64,000 nucleotides of DNA from an uncultured Poribacteria bacterium (GCA_958296135.2 CATQHZ020000001.1:672001-736000); one strand, 5' to 3'. Numbered from the stretch's first letter, positions 1-10,753 are shown. Numbers and translations: made by a program. Notes: generated from the letters alone by a model not told the origin.

Positions 1-363
1 GTTCGCGACGATGGTGTTCGCTGCGCATGCGAGGTAGTAGCCGCCCGATGCCGCCGTGCCGCCCAGTGAGGCGACAATCGGTTTGTCTAGTTTCTCCAAT
101 TCGGCGTAAATCTCTTGCACGGGAGCAACGCTGCCGCCGGGCGAATCGATTCGGATGACCATGGCCTTGATGCTCGGGTCATCGCGGTAAGTGTGAATGA
201 GTTTAATGGTGGCATCCGAATGCGAGATAATGCCGTTGATGTCTAGCACGGCCACTTTCTCGCCCATCGGCGTGCTACCCATCATTGAACGGAGGAGTAT
301 CATTAAGAAAAACAGCCCGACGATAACGCCTAAGATGATAAAAGTTCGTTGTCTCTTTTTCAT
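1..363 (-). CDS. sppA: Signal peptide peptidase SppA (36K type), 5' part; runs off the window start
   Basis: Manual translation from the ATG at 363 gives MKKRQRTFIILGVIVGLFF (TM anchor), then IRIDSPGGSV and SLGGTAASGGYYLA, which are peptidase S49 motifs. Not in the ORF track because it is truncated. Confidence 0.9.
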   Translation of the reverse strand, partial: MKKRQRTFIILGVIVGLFFLMILLRSMMGSTPMGEKVAVLDINGIISHSDATIKLIHTYRDDPSIKAMVIRIDSPGGSVAPVQEIYAELEKLDKPIVASLGGTAASGGYYLACAANTIVAN

Positions 364-396
364 TTTCGTTTTTCCTTCGCGATTTGGAGAGTTCTC

Positions 397-1038
397 CTAT
401 CGGCCAAAGAGGACTACCCAAAAGGTTTTCAACAGCCACCCCAGGTCGGCGGCGAGGCTCTGTGTTGCAACATAGTGCAGATCCAAGGCGAGTTTCTTCG
501 GCATCAATTCCGTGATGTAGTAGTGCTCCGGATTTGAACGCGCTTTGAGTTTCTCTTCCTCATGCCGATTGGCAAGCTGCGAGGGCCCCGTCATCCCCGG
601 CTTCACCTGAAGCACCTGCTTTTGTGCCGGCGTGTAGGATTGAACGTAGATGGGTGCCTCCGGGCGCGGGCCAATCAGGCTCATCTCTCCTTTGATAACG
701 TTGATTAAGTTCGGAAGTTCGTCCAATTTCGTCCATCTTAAAAACCGGCCGATGCGGGTGATACGTGCGTCCTGATAGGTAGTCAGACTGCTTCCCAGTC
801 TATCAGCGTTGACTACCATCGTTCTGAACTTATACATCTCGAAAAGCACTTCGTCCTTGCCAACCCGTTTCGCCTTGTAAAATACGGGCCCGGCGGATTG
901 CCCCTTCGCTAGCACACATCCGAGTAGGAAGAGCGGGGACAGCAGCAGGAGTCCGACTGTGCCGAAAACCAGGTCGAACGCGCGCTTGTGTCGGAGTTGG
1001 CCTTGAGCTGGGAGATAGAGTCGGTTCTGCGTTATCAT
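397..1038 (-). CDS. Bacterial sugar transferase (polyprenyl-phosphate phosphoglycosyltransferase, PglC/WcaJ C-terminal type)
   Basis: KRAFD, FEMYKFRTM, DARITRIGRFLR-KLDELP, GEMSLIGPRP and KPGMTG motifs. Confidence 0.93.
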   Translation of the reverse strand: MITQNRLYLPAQGQLRHKRAFDLVFGTVGLLLLSPLFLLGCVLAKGQSAGPVFYKAKRVGKDEVLFEMYKFRTMVVNADRLGSSLTTYQDARITRIGRFLRWTKLDELPNLINVIKGEMSLIGPRPEAPIYVQSYTPAQKQVLQVKPGMTGPSQLANRHEEEKLKARSNPEHYYITELMPKKLALDLHYVATQSLAADLGWLLKTFWVVLFGR

Positions 1039-3188
1039 TTGCCGGCTATTTTCCTCACCGATGGTTCCTCAGTGTTCGCGCGCTTTTCCTCCGATTTTGA
1101 CGCAGTGTTATTCGGTTTACCGAATAACACATCTTCGGGCAGAGTGTAAACACTCTGCCCTACGTCAAAATCGGCAGTGGGGAACTGAAGAATCTCGGAC
1201 GCGTTCGCCGCATCGCTCTCCGTGATGAATGCACGGTTCGGCTCATAAGTCGGAACGAGCTCTTGGAATTTGGTGACAATTCCCTCCGTATCAAGTTCAT
1301 CGGCGAGTTGCGAGAGTGCCGCAATACCGGAGAGGAGTTGGCGTTCCTCAATTTTTTCCAGTTGCGCGACGAAGATGCGTTGATGCTTCGTCGCTGTCAC
1401 GCCTTCCTGAGGTGTTAGCAACTCTTCATATAACTTTTCACCGGGTTCTAACCCGGTGAAAGCGATTTTGATGTCTCTGTCCACTTCGAGCCCGGAAAGC
1501 CGAATCAGGTCTTGAGCCAGATCGAGGATTTTAATCGGTTCCCCCATGTCTAACATCAGGATTTCGCCGCCGTTCCCCATGGCACCGGCTTGGATGAGCA
1601 GTTGCACCGCTTCCGGAATCGTCATGAAGTAGCGCGTTGCCTCTCGATGCGTGACGGTGACGGGGCCTCCCTTCGTAATCTGCCGTTTGAAATTCGGTAG
1701 TACACTGGCTCGGCTGCCGATGACGTTGCCGAACCGCACTGCAATGAACCGCGTGCCGTTTTGCTTCGCTTTGCACTGAATTAACTTCTCGGTGACGCGT
1801 TTTGAGGCCCCGTAGACGCTTGTCGGGTTCACGGCTTTATCGGAGGAGACGAGGATGAACGCTTCGACGTGGTGTTTTATCGCTGCGTCAATCAGGTTCT
1901 GTGTGCCGAGGATGTTATTCTTCACCGCTTCGTCTGGGTGATTCTCCATGAATTTGACGTGCTTGTGCGCGGCGGCATGGAAGATAATATGCGGGCGGTA
2001 TTTTTGGATAATTTGCGACACTTTCGAGTTATCGCGAATGTCCCCAATAATGACGGCCCGGTTGAGTGCCGGCTCAGACTCCCGGAGCTCTATATCTGTA
2101 TGATAGAGGCTATTTTCCCCGCGTCCGAAGAGCATAAGGAGTTCTGGGTTGAGTTTGGCGACTTGGCGGCAGAGTTCGGAGCCGATTGAGCCGCCTGCGC
2201 CCGTTACCATGACGCGTTTCCCGGAAAGGTATTTGGATACCTCGGCGATGTCCATCTGCGATGTGGAGCGGTTGAGTAAATCTTCAAATCGCACCTCTCG
2301 GATGTGGTTGATGCTGGCGCGTCCCTCAAGGATAGCGTGAATATTCGGGACGATGCGGAATTGGCATCCCCGGTATTCGCATTGGCGGATAATATCGCGA
2401 ACTTTTCCACCGGGCGCGGAGGGAATGGCGATGACGACTTCCTGAATCTCGCGCTTTCGGGCAATATAGGTTAAATCACGCGTCGTTCCGAGCACTTCCA
2501 AGCCGGCGATGCTTTTGCCAATCTTCCGTGCGTCATCGTCAATGAATCCAATGGGGAGGTATCCTTTCTGCGGGTGTTCCCGAAGCGCGCGGAGCACGCC
2601 GATGCCTGTTTCGCCAGCCCCGATGATGAGGACTTTGATGTGTGGCACACTTCGCCCCCTATCGGGATGCGATTTTCCCTTGTGGGCGCGTTTGCTCCTC
2701 TCAATAATTTGAAAGGAGAATTTGGCAAACCCGAGCAGCACGAGGTTATAGAGCCCATCGATGAGAAAAGGCATCCAAGCCATTTTCATGAGCACGGCAC
2801 CGGCGACGAGCACGGCAGTTGCAATGCCAATTGCCCCGGCTAAGGCGCGGAACTCCTGCACCGCGGCATACCGCCACATCGGCTTGTAGAGATTAAAGCC
2901 GAGCAACAGGCTGACGCGGACTATCGTCACAACGCCTGCGAGAATGACATACATCACGTCTGCTGGGAAGCGCGCGAGCAGGTGCAGCGGCGGCGTGGGT
3001 TGGGCTAACAGATTGAAGCCCAAGTGCCGGCACGTATAATAGGCCAATAGAAACGCTAGATTCACGATAAGCACATCAATGACAACTGATGAGCTCCATT
3101 TGATTTTCGACTTTTGTATTTTGGGCCTCCCATTTTTCTGTTTGCAGTCGTAGGGCGAGCTCGCCTGAGCGCGCCGTGTTCTACGCAA
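1035..3188 (-). CDS. Membrane-anchored nucleoside-diphosphate sugar 4,6-dehydratase (CapD/PglF family); start uncertain
   Basis: N-terminal TM helices, IIGAGETG and GFIDDD (CoA-binding-like domain), VTGAGGSIGSEL, FHAAAHKHV, SSDKAVNPTSVYGASK, VRFGNVIGS, GEKLYEEL. Confidence 0.92.
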   Translation of the reverse strand: MRRTRRAQASSPYDCKQKNGRPKIQKSKIKWSSSVVIDVLIVNLAFLLAYYTCRHLGFNLLAQPTPPLHLLARFPADVMYVILAGVVTIVRVSLLLGFNLYKPMWRYAAVQEFRALAGAIGIATAVLVAGAVLMKMAWMPFLIDGLYNLVLLGFAKFSFQIIERSKRAHKGKSHPDRGRSVPHIKVLIIGAGETGIGVLRALREHPQKGYLPIGFIDDDARKIGKSIAGLEVLGTTRDLTYIARKREIQEVVIAIPSAPGGKVRDIIRQCEYRGCQFRIVPNIHAILEGRASINHIREVRFEDLLNRSTSQMDIAEVSKYLSGKRVMVTGAGGSIGSELCRQVAKLNPELLMLFGRGENSLYHTDIELRESEPALNRAVIIGDIRDNSKVSQIIQKYRPHIIFHAAAHKHVKFMENHPDEAVKNNILGTQNLIDAAIKHHVEAFILVSSDKAVNPTSVYGASKRVTEKLIQCKAKQNGTRFIAVRFGNVIGSRASVLPNFKRQITKGGPVTVTHREATRYFMTIPEAVQLLIQAGAMGNGGEILMLDMGEPIKILDLAQDLIRLSGLEVDRDIKIAFTGLEPGEKLYEELLTPQEGVTATKHQRIFVAQLEKIEERQLLSGIAALSQLADELDTEGIVTKFQELVPTYEPNRAFITESDAANASEILQFPTADFDVGQSVYTLPEDVLFGKPNNTASKSEEKRANTEEPSVRKIAGK

Positions 3189-3365
3189 TTCACCGCTATA
3201 GTTCGGGCTCGCAACCCGCCGATGTTAGTGACATCGGCGGGCCGGTGCTGAGCCGGGAATAGCTCAGTGCCATTCCCTGTATGACATGCAGGACAAAATC
3301 TGGTGCTCTTGCCCTACAGACGCGAGACGATTCAAACCAATTTGGTATGCTTCCATTTGGTTTCG

Positions 3366-4565
3366 CTAAGGACGCGTCGCGCCGGTAAGCGCGCCAGAGT
3401 AAACTTTTTCTAAATGTGCGCCGATAACTTGCCAACTATAGGTAGTTTCAACCCGTTTCCTGCCGGCCTGGGCGAGGGTTTCTCGCAAGTCCCGGTTCTC
3501 CACGAGCTGACTCACCTGTGCTGCGAAGGTTTCAGGCGTATCTGCAACGAGCAGCTCGGTGCCGAGGGCTGCTGACAGTCCCATCGCGCCGACAGAGCTC
3601 GTGACGACAGGCACCCCCATTGCCATTGCTTCTAAATTTTTCGTCTGTATCCCGGAGCCGGCCCGCAGCGGCGCGACAAAAACCGATGCCTTCTCAAAAT
3701 AGGGACGGACATCTGGCACCGCGCCGGTAACCACTACTCCCTCCTGGGCGGCAAGCCGCTGTATTTGTTCTGTCGGTTCTCTCCCAACGATAGTGAAGGT
3801 TGCTTCCGGGTGTCGTTTCCGAACGCGCGGGAAAATCTCCCGGCAGAAATAGAGCACTGCATCCGCGTTCGGGAAATAGTTCATCGTTCCGGTGAACAGC
3901 AAGTTTGCGGGGGCGCGTTTGCAAGCGGCGGTTTGTGCAAAATACGCCAAGTCAACCCCCATCGGGACAACCGATAAATTCAAGTTATCGTCCTGTTTGA
4001 GCAGGTAGTCCCTATCAAAATCGGCGACGACGGTGCCGGAATCGAAGCCCTTCATGATGTCCACTTCGTATCGGCGCACCCGTTTTTCTTCTAATTTTAC
4101 CAAAAAACGTTTTGGTATGCAATCAAAATTTGCACGTCGGCTGAGATTGAGTGCCAGTGAATCGCACAAATCCAGCACTTTCGCGGGGGCTCGCGCTTCC
4201 GTAACGTATTGTCCCATCCGAAACAACTGCGCGTGGATGAGCTCAAACCGTTCCGCTGCGAGGAGTTTATTAATCGTGCGCTGCATGTGCGGCGAATACC
4301 AATAATGCACCTGAAGCGGCAGCCGCGAGAGACAGTGAACCGCCGTGTTGAGCAGAGCGAAGGGCCGGCGGAAGGGCACATACGCGACACGCTCACAATA
4401 AGTTTGCAGATGCTTCGCCGCCGCGATGTCCGCCGCTGACGCTGCGAAATAGACGAGTGTCACCGAGTGTCGCTGCGAGAGATGCTTAATGAAGTGGTAT
4501 GACCGGATGCAGTCCCCCCGGTGCGGCGGATACGGGCATCGCAGACTTAAAAATAAGATTTTCAT
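3366..4565 (-). CDS. Glycosyltransferase family 4 (GT-B), PEP-CTERM-type sugar transferase-like
   Basis: MKILFLS-R-PYPP-RGD-IRSY, FTGTMNYFPNADAV, GSGIQTKNLEAMAMGVPVV. Confidence 0.9.
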   Translation of the reverse strand: MKILFLSLRCPYPPHRGDCIRSYHFIKHLSQRHSVTLVYFAASAADIAAAKHLQTYCERVAYVPFRRPFALLNTAVHCLSRLPLQVHYWYSPHMQRTINKLLAAERFELIHAQLFRMGQYVTEARAPAKVLDLCDSLALNLSRRANFDCIPKRFLVKLEEKRVRRYEVDIMKGFDSGTVVADFDRDYLLKQDDNLNLSVVPMGVDLAYFAQTAACKRAPANLLFTGTMNYFPNADAVLYFCREIFPRVRKRHPEATFTIVGREPTEQIQRLAAQEGVVVTGAVPDVRPYFEKASVFVAPLRAGSGIQTKNLEAMAMGVPVVTSSVGAMGLSAALGTELLVADTPETFAAQVSQLVENRDLRETLAQAGRKRVETTYSWQVIGAHLEKVYSGALTGATRP

Positions 4566-4722
4566 TGCATCAGCACATTCATGTCCATTCTCTCAAAGTG
4601 CCGGTCGAAATCGAATCGACCTTTTCAATCGCGCACTGCAGCGCGGCGTTTTCGAGCGCGTCTCGCCGTGGGATTGATAATAACACCTCTCAATCCATTT
4701 GGCAAGGGAGCAACAAACGGCA

Positions 4723-4914
4723 CTAGGACTGCAGTTCCGCCTCGTCGATGAGCATTACCGGAATGCCATCGCGGATGGGATAACGCCGCTGGCATTCGCC
4801 TTGGCACACCAGTTTCTCTTCGGCTTCATCGTGCGCTATCTCGCCTTTGCACGCTGGGCACGCCAGAATCTCAAGCAACGTTTCCGAGAGTCCATACGAT
4901 TTTTCTGAATTCAT
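4723..4914 (-). CDS. Trm112/YcaR family small zinc-ribbon protein
   Basis: LLEILACPACKG...YPIRDGIPVMLIDEA; AAGGAG RBS upstream. Confidence 0.9.
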   Translation of the reverse strand: MNSEKSYGLSETLLEILACPACKGEIAHDEAEEKLVCQGECQRRYPIRDGIPVMLIDEAELQS

Positions 4915-4944
4915 AGTTATTCTCCTTCGCGTCTCCGGCCGCGA

Positions 4945-7647
4945 TTAGCGGCCGTGGCACCGCTTGTATTTCTGGCCGCTGCCGCAGGGACACGGCGCAT
5001 TTCTGCCGACTTTCGGCATGGTGCCCATCGCCTGCTGCGATGCGAATTCGGCGGGGCCCGGGTCAGCGGGAGCGTTTTGTTTCGGCATGGGCCGGCGCGG
5101 CCTGCCACCGGGCCTGCCAGAACGCCGCGCGGGCGTGCGGCGCGGGGCTTCTGTGTTGACCCGGGACTTGAAGATGAATTCGCTCACTTCCTCCTCAATG
5201 TGTCGATACATTTGCTCAAACACACCGAGTGCCTCGTTTTTGAAAACGACAATCGGGTCTTTCCCGCCGTAGCCTGCGCCAAAGCGGATACCCTCTTCAA
5301 CGTAGTCTATGTTGTAGAGGTGGTCCTTCCAATGATTATCGATTCTATCCAAGAGGAGCAGGCGTTCCAGGAGGCGCATCGTTTCAGCACCCATTTCCAT
5401 CTCGCGCTGTTCATAGACGGTTCGCAATGCGTCTAGTGTCTCTGCTTGGATGTCGTCAGGATTCGCCTGCGTCAAAGGGTGCTTCCACGCGGGCTGAACA
5501 GGGAAGGTATTCGTTAACCATTGTGCGAATCTGTCTGGGGTTTCTAGCGTTTTTCCGCCTCGTTCCGGCAGATTCTCGTCAATTCCATCGGCGACGACGC
5601 GTTCGATCATCGCCCAGATGGTAGTTTTCAAATCGTCCCCGCTGAGGACGGTATCGCGCAACGTATAGATAGTATCGCGCTGTGAGTCCATGACATCGTC
5701 AAACTTGAGCAGATTTTTGCGAATTTCAAAGTGCATCTGCTCCACGCGCGTCTGCGCCTTCTCAATAGATTTCGAGACCCAGGGGTGCTCCAAGGGGGTA
5801 TCTTCGTCCATTCCGACGCGCGTCATCAGTCCCTGGAGCCGCTCGGAACCAAATTTCCGCATCAGTTCGTCTTCGAGCGAGAGATAGAAGCGCGATGAGC
5901 CCGGGTCGCCTTGCCTGCCGGAGCGGCCGCGGAGCTGGTTATCAATGCGGCGAGATTCGTGTCGTTCCGTGCCGATGATATGCAAGCCGCCTGCGGCGAG
6001 GACCTTTTCGCGGTTTTCGGTACAAATTGCCTCGGCCTCGGCGAGCGCGGTTTGAAATTCCTCGGATGCCGGCGGAAGTTTGTCGACGTTCACCTTCTTC
6101 TTCCGCAACATCTCCGTGGCAAGGCCCTCAGGGTTCCCGCCGAGGAGGATATCCACCCCGCGCCCGGCCATGTTGGTAGCGATAGTGACGGCCCCGGGTC
6201 CCCCGGCCTGCGCGATGATATCGGCCTCGCGTGCGTGCTCCTTCGCGTTCAACACCTGATGTTTGATGTTCCGCTGTTTCGTCCGGAGCATTTTGCTCAG
6301 TTTCTCGGAGTTTTCAATCGAAACCGTGCCGACGAGGATAGGGCGGCCCTTTTCATGCTGTTCAATAATATCGTTCAAGACTGCAGCGTATTTTGCCGCC
6401 TCGGTCTTGTAAATCTGGTCGGCGTGGTCTGCCCGGATCATCGGTTCATTCGTTGGGATGACAGCAACATCGAGTTTATAGATATGCGCGAATTCGTTCG
6501 CCTCTGTCGCCGCGGTGCCTGTCATCCCCGCCAGCTTTTCATACAGGCGGAAGTAATTCTGGTAGGTAATTTTTGCGCCGGTTTGGCTTTCCTGCACGAC
6601 GCGCACGCGCTCCTTCGCCTCGATTGCCTGATGGAGCCCCTCGCTGAGCCGCCTGCCGATCTGCTTTCTGCCTGTGAATTCATCGACGAGGAGGACTTCG
6701 CCGTTCTCGACGAGGTAGTCCACATCTCGCTTGTAAAGGTTGTGTGCGGTGAGGGATTGATTGACGTGATGGACGAGCGCGATGTTAGTATGTTCATAGA
6801 GGTTGTCGACACCGAGTCGGCGTTGCACCTCTTCAACTCCCTCGTCTGTAAGCGTCACACTGCCGCGCGCCTTGCCCTGCTGGTCGATCTGGAAATGGAG
6901 ATCCTTCACTAGCCGTGCAACAACGCTGTTAATCTGTTTGTAGAGTTCGGGGGGTTCTCCGGAGGGTTCCGAGATGATAAGCGGCGTGCGCGCTTCGTCA
7001 ATGAGGATGCTATCCACTTCGTCAAGGATACAATAGACATGTTCGCGTTGCACCTTTGCGTCAAGGGACATCGCCTTGTTGTCCCAGAGGTAATCGAACC
7101 CGAATTCGCTGTGAACGCCGTAGGTAATATCGGCTTTGTATCCAAGCATTTTCTGTTCGTGCGGTATCTGGCTCAGCGTGAGCCCGACAGAGAGTCCGAG
7201 GAAGTTGTAAATTTTCCCCATCCATTCAGCGTCTCGGCGCGCGAGATAGTCGTTCACGGTGGCGAGATGCACGCCTCTGCCGGTGAGCGCGTTCAGATAG
7301 ACAGGCAGCGTTGAGGTTAAGGTTTTGCCTTCTCCTGTTCGCATTTCGGCGATTTGGCCCTGGTGGAGCGCGATGCCGCCCATGAGTTGGACATCGTAGT
7401 GGCGCTGCTTCAACGTCCGCATCGCTGCTTCTCGAACGACAGCGAAGGCATCCGGTAAAAGTTCGTCAAGCGATGCGCCTGCCTCCAACTGCTGGCGAAA
7501 TTCTGGGGTTTTTGTTTGGAGTTGCGCGTCTGTCAGTTTCTTGATTTCCGGCTCGCGCTGGTTTATCGCCTCAACAAGGGCACGGTAGCGTTTGACATCC
7601 CGTTCTTCCTTGCTGCCAAAAACCTTGCTTAGGTATTTTTGAACCAT
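4945..7647 (-). CDS. secA: Preprotein translocase ATPase SecA
   Basis: [54 protein letters not shown], and a C-terminal SEC-C motif [19 protein letters not shown]. Start moved to the ATG at 7647, which follows a GGAGA RBS. Confidence 0.98.
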   Translation of the reverse strand: MVQKYLSKVFGSKEERDVKRYRALVEAINQREPEIKKLTDAQLQTKTPEFRQQLEAGASLDELLPDAFAVVREAAMRTLKQRHYDVQLMGGIALHQGQIAEMRTGEGKTLTSTLPVYLNALTGRGVHLATVNDYLARRDAEWMGKIYNFLGLSVGLTLSQIPHEQKMLGYKADITYGVHSEFGFDYLWDNKAMSLDAKVQREHVYCILDEVDSILIDEARTPLIISEPSGEPPELYKQINSVVARLVKDLHFQIDQQGKARGSVTLTDEGVEEVQRRLGVDNLYEHTNIALVHHVNQSLTAHNLYKRDVDYLVENGEVLLVDEFTGRKQIGRRLSEGLHQAIEAKERVRVVQESQTGAKITYQNYFRLYEKLAGMTGTAATEANEFAHIYKLDVAVIPTNEPMIRADHADQIYKTEAAKYAAVLNDIIEQHEKGRPILVGTVSIENSEKLSKMLRTKQRNIKHQVLNAKEHAREADIIAQAGGPGAVTIATNMAGRGVDILLGGNPEGLATEMLRKKKVNVDKLPPASEEFQTALAEAEAICTENREKVLAAGGLHIIGTERHESRRIDNQLRGRSGRQGDPGSSRFYLSLEDELMRKFGSERLQGLMTRVGMDEDTPLEHPWVSKSIEKAQTRVEQMHFEIRKNLLKFDDVMDSQRDTIYTLRDTVLSGDDLKTTIWAMIERVVADGIDENLPERGGKTLETPDRFAQWLTNTFPVQPAWKHPLTQANPDDIQAETLDALRTVYEQREMEMGAETMRLLERLLLLDRIDNHWKDHLYNIDYVEEGIRFGAGYGGKDPIVVFKNEALGVFEQMYRHIEEEVSEFIFKSRVNTEAPRRTPARRSGRPGGRPRRPMPKQNAPADPGPAEFASQQAMGTMPKVGRNAPCPCGSGQKYKRCHGR

Positions 7648-7658
7648 GGTGTCTCCAC

Positions 7659-8059
7659 ATTTTTCGTATTCTGTAGTGGTGCCAAGCATCCGGTCAAGTT
7701 TATCTTGGCAGGGTAACCTGCTCTGCGTATCGGCTCACGCGGGGTGTGCCTTCGCTATTTTTCGTATTCTGTAGTGGTGCCAAGCATCCGGTCAAGTTTA
7801 TCTTGGCAGGGTAACCTGCTCTGCGTATCGGCTCACGCGGGGTGTGCCTTCGCTATTTTTCGTATTCTGTAGTGGTGCCAAGCATCCGGTCAAGTTTATC
7901 TTGGCAGGGTAACCTGCTCTGCGTATCGGCTCACGCGGGGTGTGCCTTCGCTATTTTTCGTATTCTGTAGTGGTGCCAAGCATCCGGTCAAGTTTATCTT
8001 GGCAGGGTAACCTGCTCTGCGTATCGGCTCACGCGGGGTGTGCCTTCGCTATTTTTCGT
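7659..8059. repeat. Perfect tandem repeat, 98-bp unit x4 plus 9 bp
   Basis: The unit atttttcgtattctgtagtggtgccaagc...gtgtgccttcgct starts at 7659, 7757, 7855 and 7953, with a partial copy at 8051. Copies look identical and there are no spacers. Confidence 0.97.
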
Positions 8060-8110
8060 TATACCCAATGAGGTGGCAGGCGAGCCTGAACTACAGCGGT
8101 TAATTTGGTA

Positions 8111-9187
8111 TTATTCACCGCTTAGGGGTTCTAACAGATTCTGTCCATCAATCCGCTTGCGCAAGAGGGTGTAAATCACCGCGTTTCCCGCGGAAGCGAT
8201 TGAGAACAGGTAAGCGATAACCAGGCATACAACGCTTATCGTCCCGATTGTGAAGAGGCCGGCTGTCGCCGTAGTCCAGAAAGCATTCCCGTCATTCGGT
8301 AGCGTGGTGGGCAAAAATAGCAGTCCATCGAGCCACTCGTTCGCGATGCTAAGCACCTTCGTCATTTCATCCGAGTGCAGGTACCCAATCGGTAGCAAGA
8401 CGATGGCAACGCCGCAGAGGCAGAAAAACCCCCAAATTGGCACGAAGATGAGTTTGAGAACGAATAGTAGCACTTCATACCCTATCATCCGCCACGGTTG
8501 ATGCCAGACAATTGCAAACTGCTGGTAGATTGTCTCAAACGCGTCTGCGCCTGTGGCGGCGACAACCGCTGGTACAAAGAACAGACTCGCGATGAGAACG
8601 ACGCAGATGAACGCTATGAGCAACCCGAGTAAAAAGCCGATGGGCATCAACACCGCTGCAAGCATGAGCATCGGTGTGCCCACCCCTGGGATTTTTCCGA
8701 GTGCCGCGATGCTGAGCGGTATCAACGCCAGAAAACAGAAGATGAGGATTAACCCGATGAACGCGCCGAGGACGGTTTTCCAGCGCGTTTTGAGAAACTG
8801 TGCGGCATCTCCCACCGATAAGAAGTAGTCGCCTCGGAGTTGCTCCATCGTAATTTTAGCGGCAATCGTGCTTGCGAGAAAAAAGATGCCTGCGAAACAC
8901 ACCACCCCTATCCACATTGCAACACGCGTCACGTTCGTCAGTCCTTCATCGGCGAAGGGTGTGAAGGGGTTGAGTGCGTGCGCGTTCCAAAATGCTTGCG
9001 CGGCACCCGTCACTCCCCCGATAAAAAGGCTGAGATACACCAAAGTTTCGTATAGCCCATAGGCGAGGAGAATCCCGACAAAATGCACCGCCATTTTTCG
9101 CCCGCTGAATCCGTAGCGGATACTTCGGAAAATATCCCGATAGTTAAAGTGGAGTTGTTCCATGAGTCTCATATTTTTTGTAATCAT
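8111..9187 (-). CDS. Hypothetical multi-pass membrane protein
   Basis: 358-aa ORF with about 7 hydrophobic segments, preceded by a consensus promoter. Confidence 0.75.
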   Translation of the reverse strand: MITKNMRLMEQLHFNYRDIFRSIRYGFSGRKMAVHFVGILLAYGLYETLVYLSLFIGGVTGAAQAFWNAHALNPFTPFADEGLTNVTRVAMWIGVVCFAGIFFLASTIAAKITMEQLRGDYFLSVGDAAQFLKTRWKTVLGAFIGLILIFCFLALIPLSIAALGKIPGVGTPMLMLAAVLMPIGFLLGLLIAFICVVLIASLFFVPAVVAATGADAFETIYQQFAIVWHQPWRMIGYEVLLFVLKLIFVPIWGFFCLCGVAIVLLPIGYLHSDEMTKVLSIANEWLDGLLFLPTTLPNDGNAFWTTATAGLFTIGTISVVCLVIAYLFSIASAGNAVIYTLLRKRIDGQNLLEPLSGE

Positions 9188-9216
9188 GCAGGTATCTCAC
9201 GCAGAATGCTATTTTA

Positions 9217-9246
9217 ATTATACCACAATTGACAGGTATCTGTCAA
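9217..9246 (-). promoter_or_regulatory. Sigma70 promoter for the membrane protein gene
   Basis: Minus strand TTGACA-18bp-TATAAT with an extended -10 TG. Confidence 0.75.
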
Positions 9247-9262
9247 ATTTTTATTTTTTAAT

Positions 9263-9291
9263 TTGACATTCACGTGGATTTGTGGTATAAT
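9263..9291 (+). promoter_or_regulatory. Sigma70 promoter for the tRNA-Pro/hom unit
   Basis: Perfect TTGACA-17bp-TATAAT with TGn, and an A/T-rich UP element upstream. Confidence 0.85.
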
Positions 9292-9312
9292 TAAGCATAA
9301 TCCATTTGTGAA

Positions 9313-9386
9313 CGGGGCGTGGCGCAGCCCGGAAGCGCGCTTGAATGGGGTTCAAGAGGTCGCTGGTTCGAATCCAGTCGCCCCGA
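9313..9386 (+). tRNA. tRNA-Pro (GGG), CCA not encoded
   Basis: Acceptor stem CGGGGCG/CGCCCCG plus discriminator A; anticodon arm CTTGA-ATGGGGT-TCAAG; T-loop GGTTCGAATCC. Confidence 0.97.
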
Positions 9387-9430
9387 TTTATCAGTATTCA
9401 TAGCAGAACACTACGTCTATAGGAGCGGTT

Positions 9431-10753
9431 GTGGATAAACCTTGTATTAATGTGGGCATTTTAGGATGGGGCACCGTCGGCACGGGTGTCTCCAAAATCC
9501 TTGTGAACCAGCATGCTCTCATCGCGAAAAATAGTGGCACGCAGTTATGCCTGAAGAAAATCGTGAAACAGACGCTCCCCGCCTCGCGGCCCGGAGTGAC
9601 GCTGCCCTCGGACTGTTTAACTACCAACCCGGCTGAGGTGGTAGACAATCCGTCCATCGACATCGTTGTTGAGCTCATCGGCGGTGTTTCGGGCGCGCGC
9701 GCGCTCATCAGCCGCGCGCTCCAAAACGGCAAGCATGTTGTCACCGCGAACAAGGCTCTCTTGGCGGAACATGGTGCCGAACTGTTTCAACTCGCTTCGC
9801 AACATCAGGTGAGCCTCAATTTTGAAGCGAGCACCGCCGGTGGTATCCCGATTATCAAAACGCTACAGGAGAGCTTCGCCGGCAATCAGATTCGTTCGCT
9901 CTACGGTATCGTCAACGGCACGTGCAACTACATCTTGAGCGAGATGCACGAGCGTGAGGTAGACTTCGCTGACGTGCTGAAAGCGGCGCAAGACAAGGGC
10001 TACGCCGAGGCAGACCCGACGCTTGACGTTGGTGGCATTGATGCCGCCCAGAAACTGATTTTGCTCATCGCGCTCGCCTATCGCAGCAACCTCTCGCTTG
10101 AAGAACTCTACGTTGAGGGTATCACTAACATCACTCAGAAAGAAATCCAGTATGCGAGCGAGCTCGGCTATGTCATTAAACTCATCGCTATTGCGAAGTT
10201 AACTGATAGGAATCGCGTGGAAGCGCGTGTGCATCCGACGCTTTTGCCGGAACGGAGTTTATTGGCGAACGTCGGCGGCGCGTTCAATGCTGTCTGTGTC
10301 ATTGGTGATGCTGTCGGCCCGACGCTCTTCTACGGACAGGGTGCCGGCGAAATGCCGACTGCCAGCGCGGTTGTCGCCGATATTATTGACGCGGCGAAAT
10401 CGGTGCAGCAGGGAGTCAGCCCACCGATTTCCCAAGCATGGATTGCCGATTCGGAGGCGGAAGTCTCAGTCTGTCCGATTGACGAGATTGAGACGCGGTA
10501 TTACCTCCGCTTCGTCGTGGCAGACCGGCCGGGTGTCTTAGCCAAAATCGGCACTATTCTGGGTAATTGCGATATCAGCATCGCCTCTGTCATCCAGAAG
10601 GACCCGCACGGCATTGATACCGTGTCCCTCGTGATGTTGACACACACGGCGCGTGAGAAAAATATGAAGACCGCGCTGGCGCAGATCTACACGCTTGAAG
10701 AGGTTGAAGGCAACGCGCACCTCATCAGAATTGAAGAAGAAGTCGCGTTTTAA
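9431..10753 (+). CDS. hom: Homoserine dehydrogenase with C-terminal ACT domain
   Basis: GWGTVGTG, HVVTANKAL, FEASTAGGIP, GIVNGTCNYIL, GYAEADPTLDVGG-DAAQK, YYLRF-VADRPGVLA. Confidence 0.96.
   Translation: MDKPCINVGILGWGTVGTGVSKILVNQHALIAKNSGTQLCLKKIVKQTLPASRPGVTLPSDCLTTNPAEVVDNPSIDIVVELIGGVSGARALISRALQNGKHVVTANKALLAEHGAELFQLASQHQVSLNFEASTAGGIPIIKTLQESFAGNQIRSLYGIVNGTCNYILSEMHEREVDFADVLKAAQDKGYAEADPTLDVGGIDAAQKLILLIALAYRSNLSLEELYVEGITNITQKEIQYASELGYVIKLIAIAKLTDRNRVEARVHPTLLPERSLLANVGGAFNAVCVIGDAVGPTLFYGQGAGEMPTASAVVADIIDAAKSVQQGVSPPISQAWIADSEAEVSVCPIDEIETRYYLRFVVADRPGVLAKIGTILGNCDISIASVIQKDPHGIDTVSLVMLTHTAREKNMKTALAQIYTLEEVEGNAHLIRIEEEVAF

Noticed and set aside
5911-6912. Long antisense ORFs (also 12406-13266, 15297-16097, 22979-23893, 28232-29095 and others)
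   Set aside because: Shadow frames of well-supported genes in GC-rich DNA, with no motifs or RBS.
7648-7689. N-terminal extension of SecA from the ORF track
   Set aside because: The upstream ATG lies inside the tandem repeat; the ATG at 7647 has a proper RBS.
7659-8059. CRISPR array
   Set aside because: The 98-bp units are identical end to end with no unique spacers, and no cas genes are in the window.
9313-9430. tRNA-anchored integrated element
   Set aside because: No integrase and no duplicated tRNA 3' end seen; hom follows directly.
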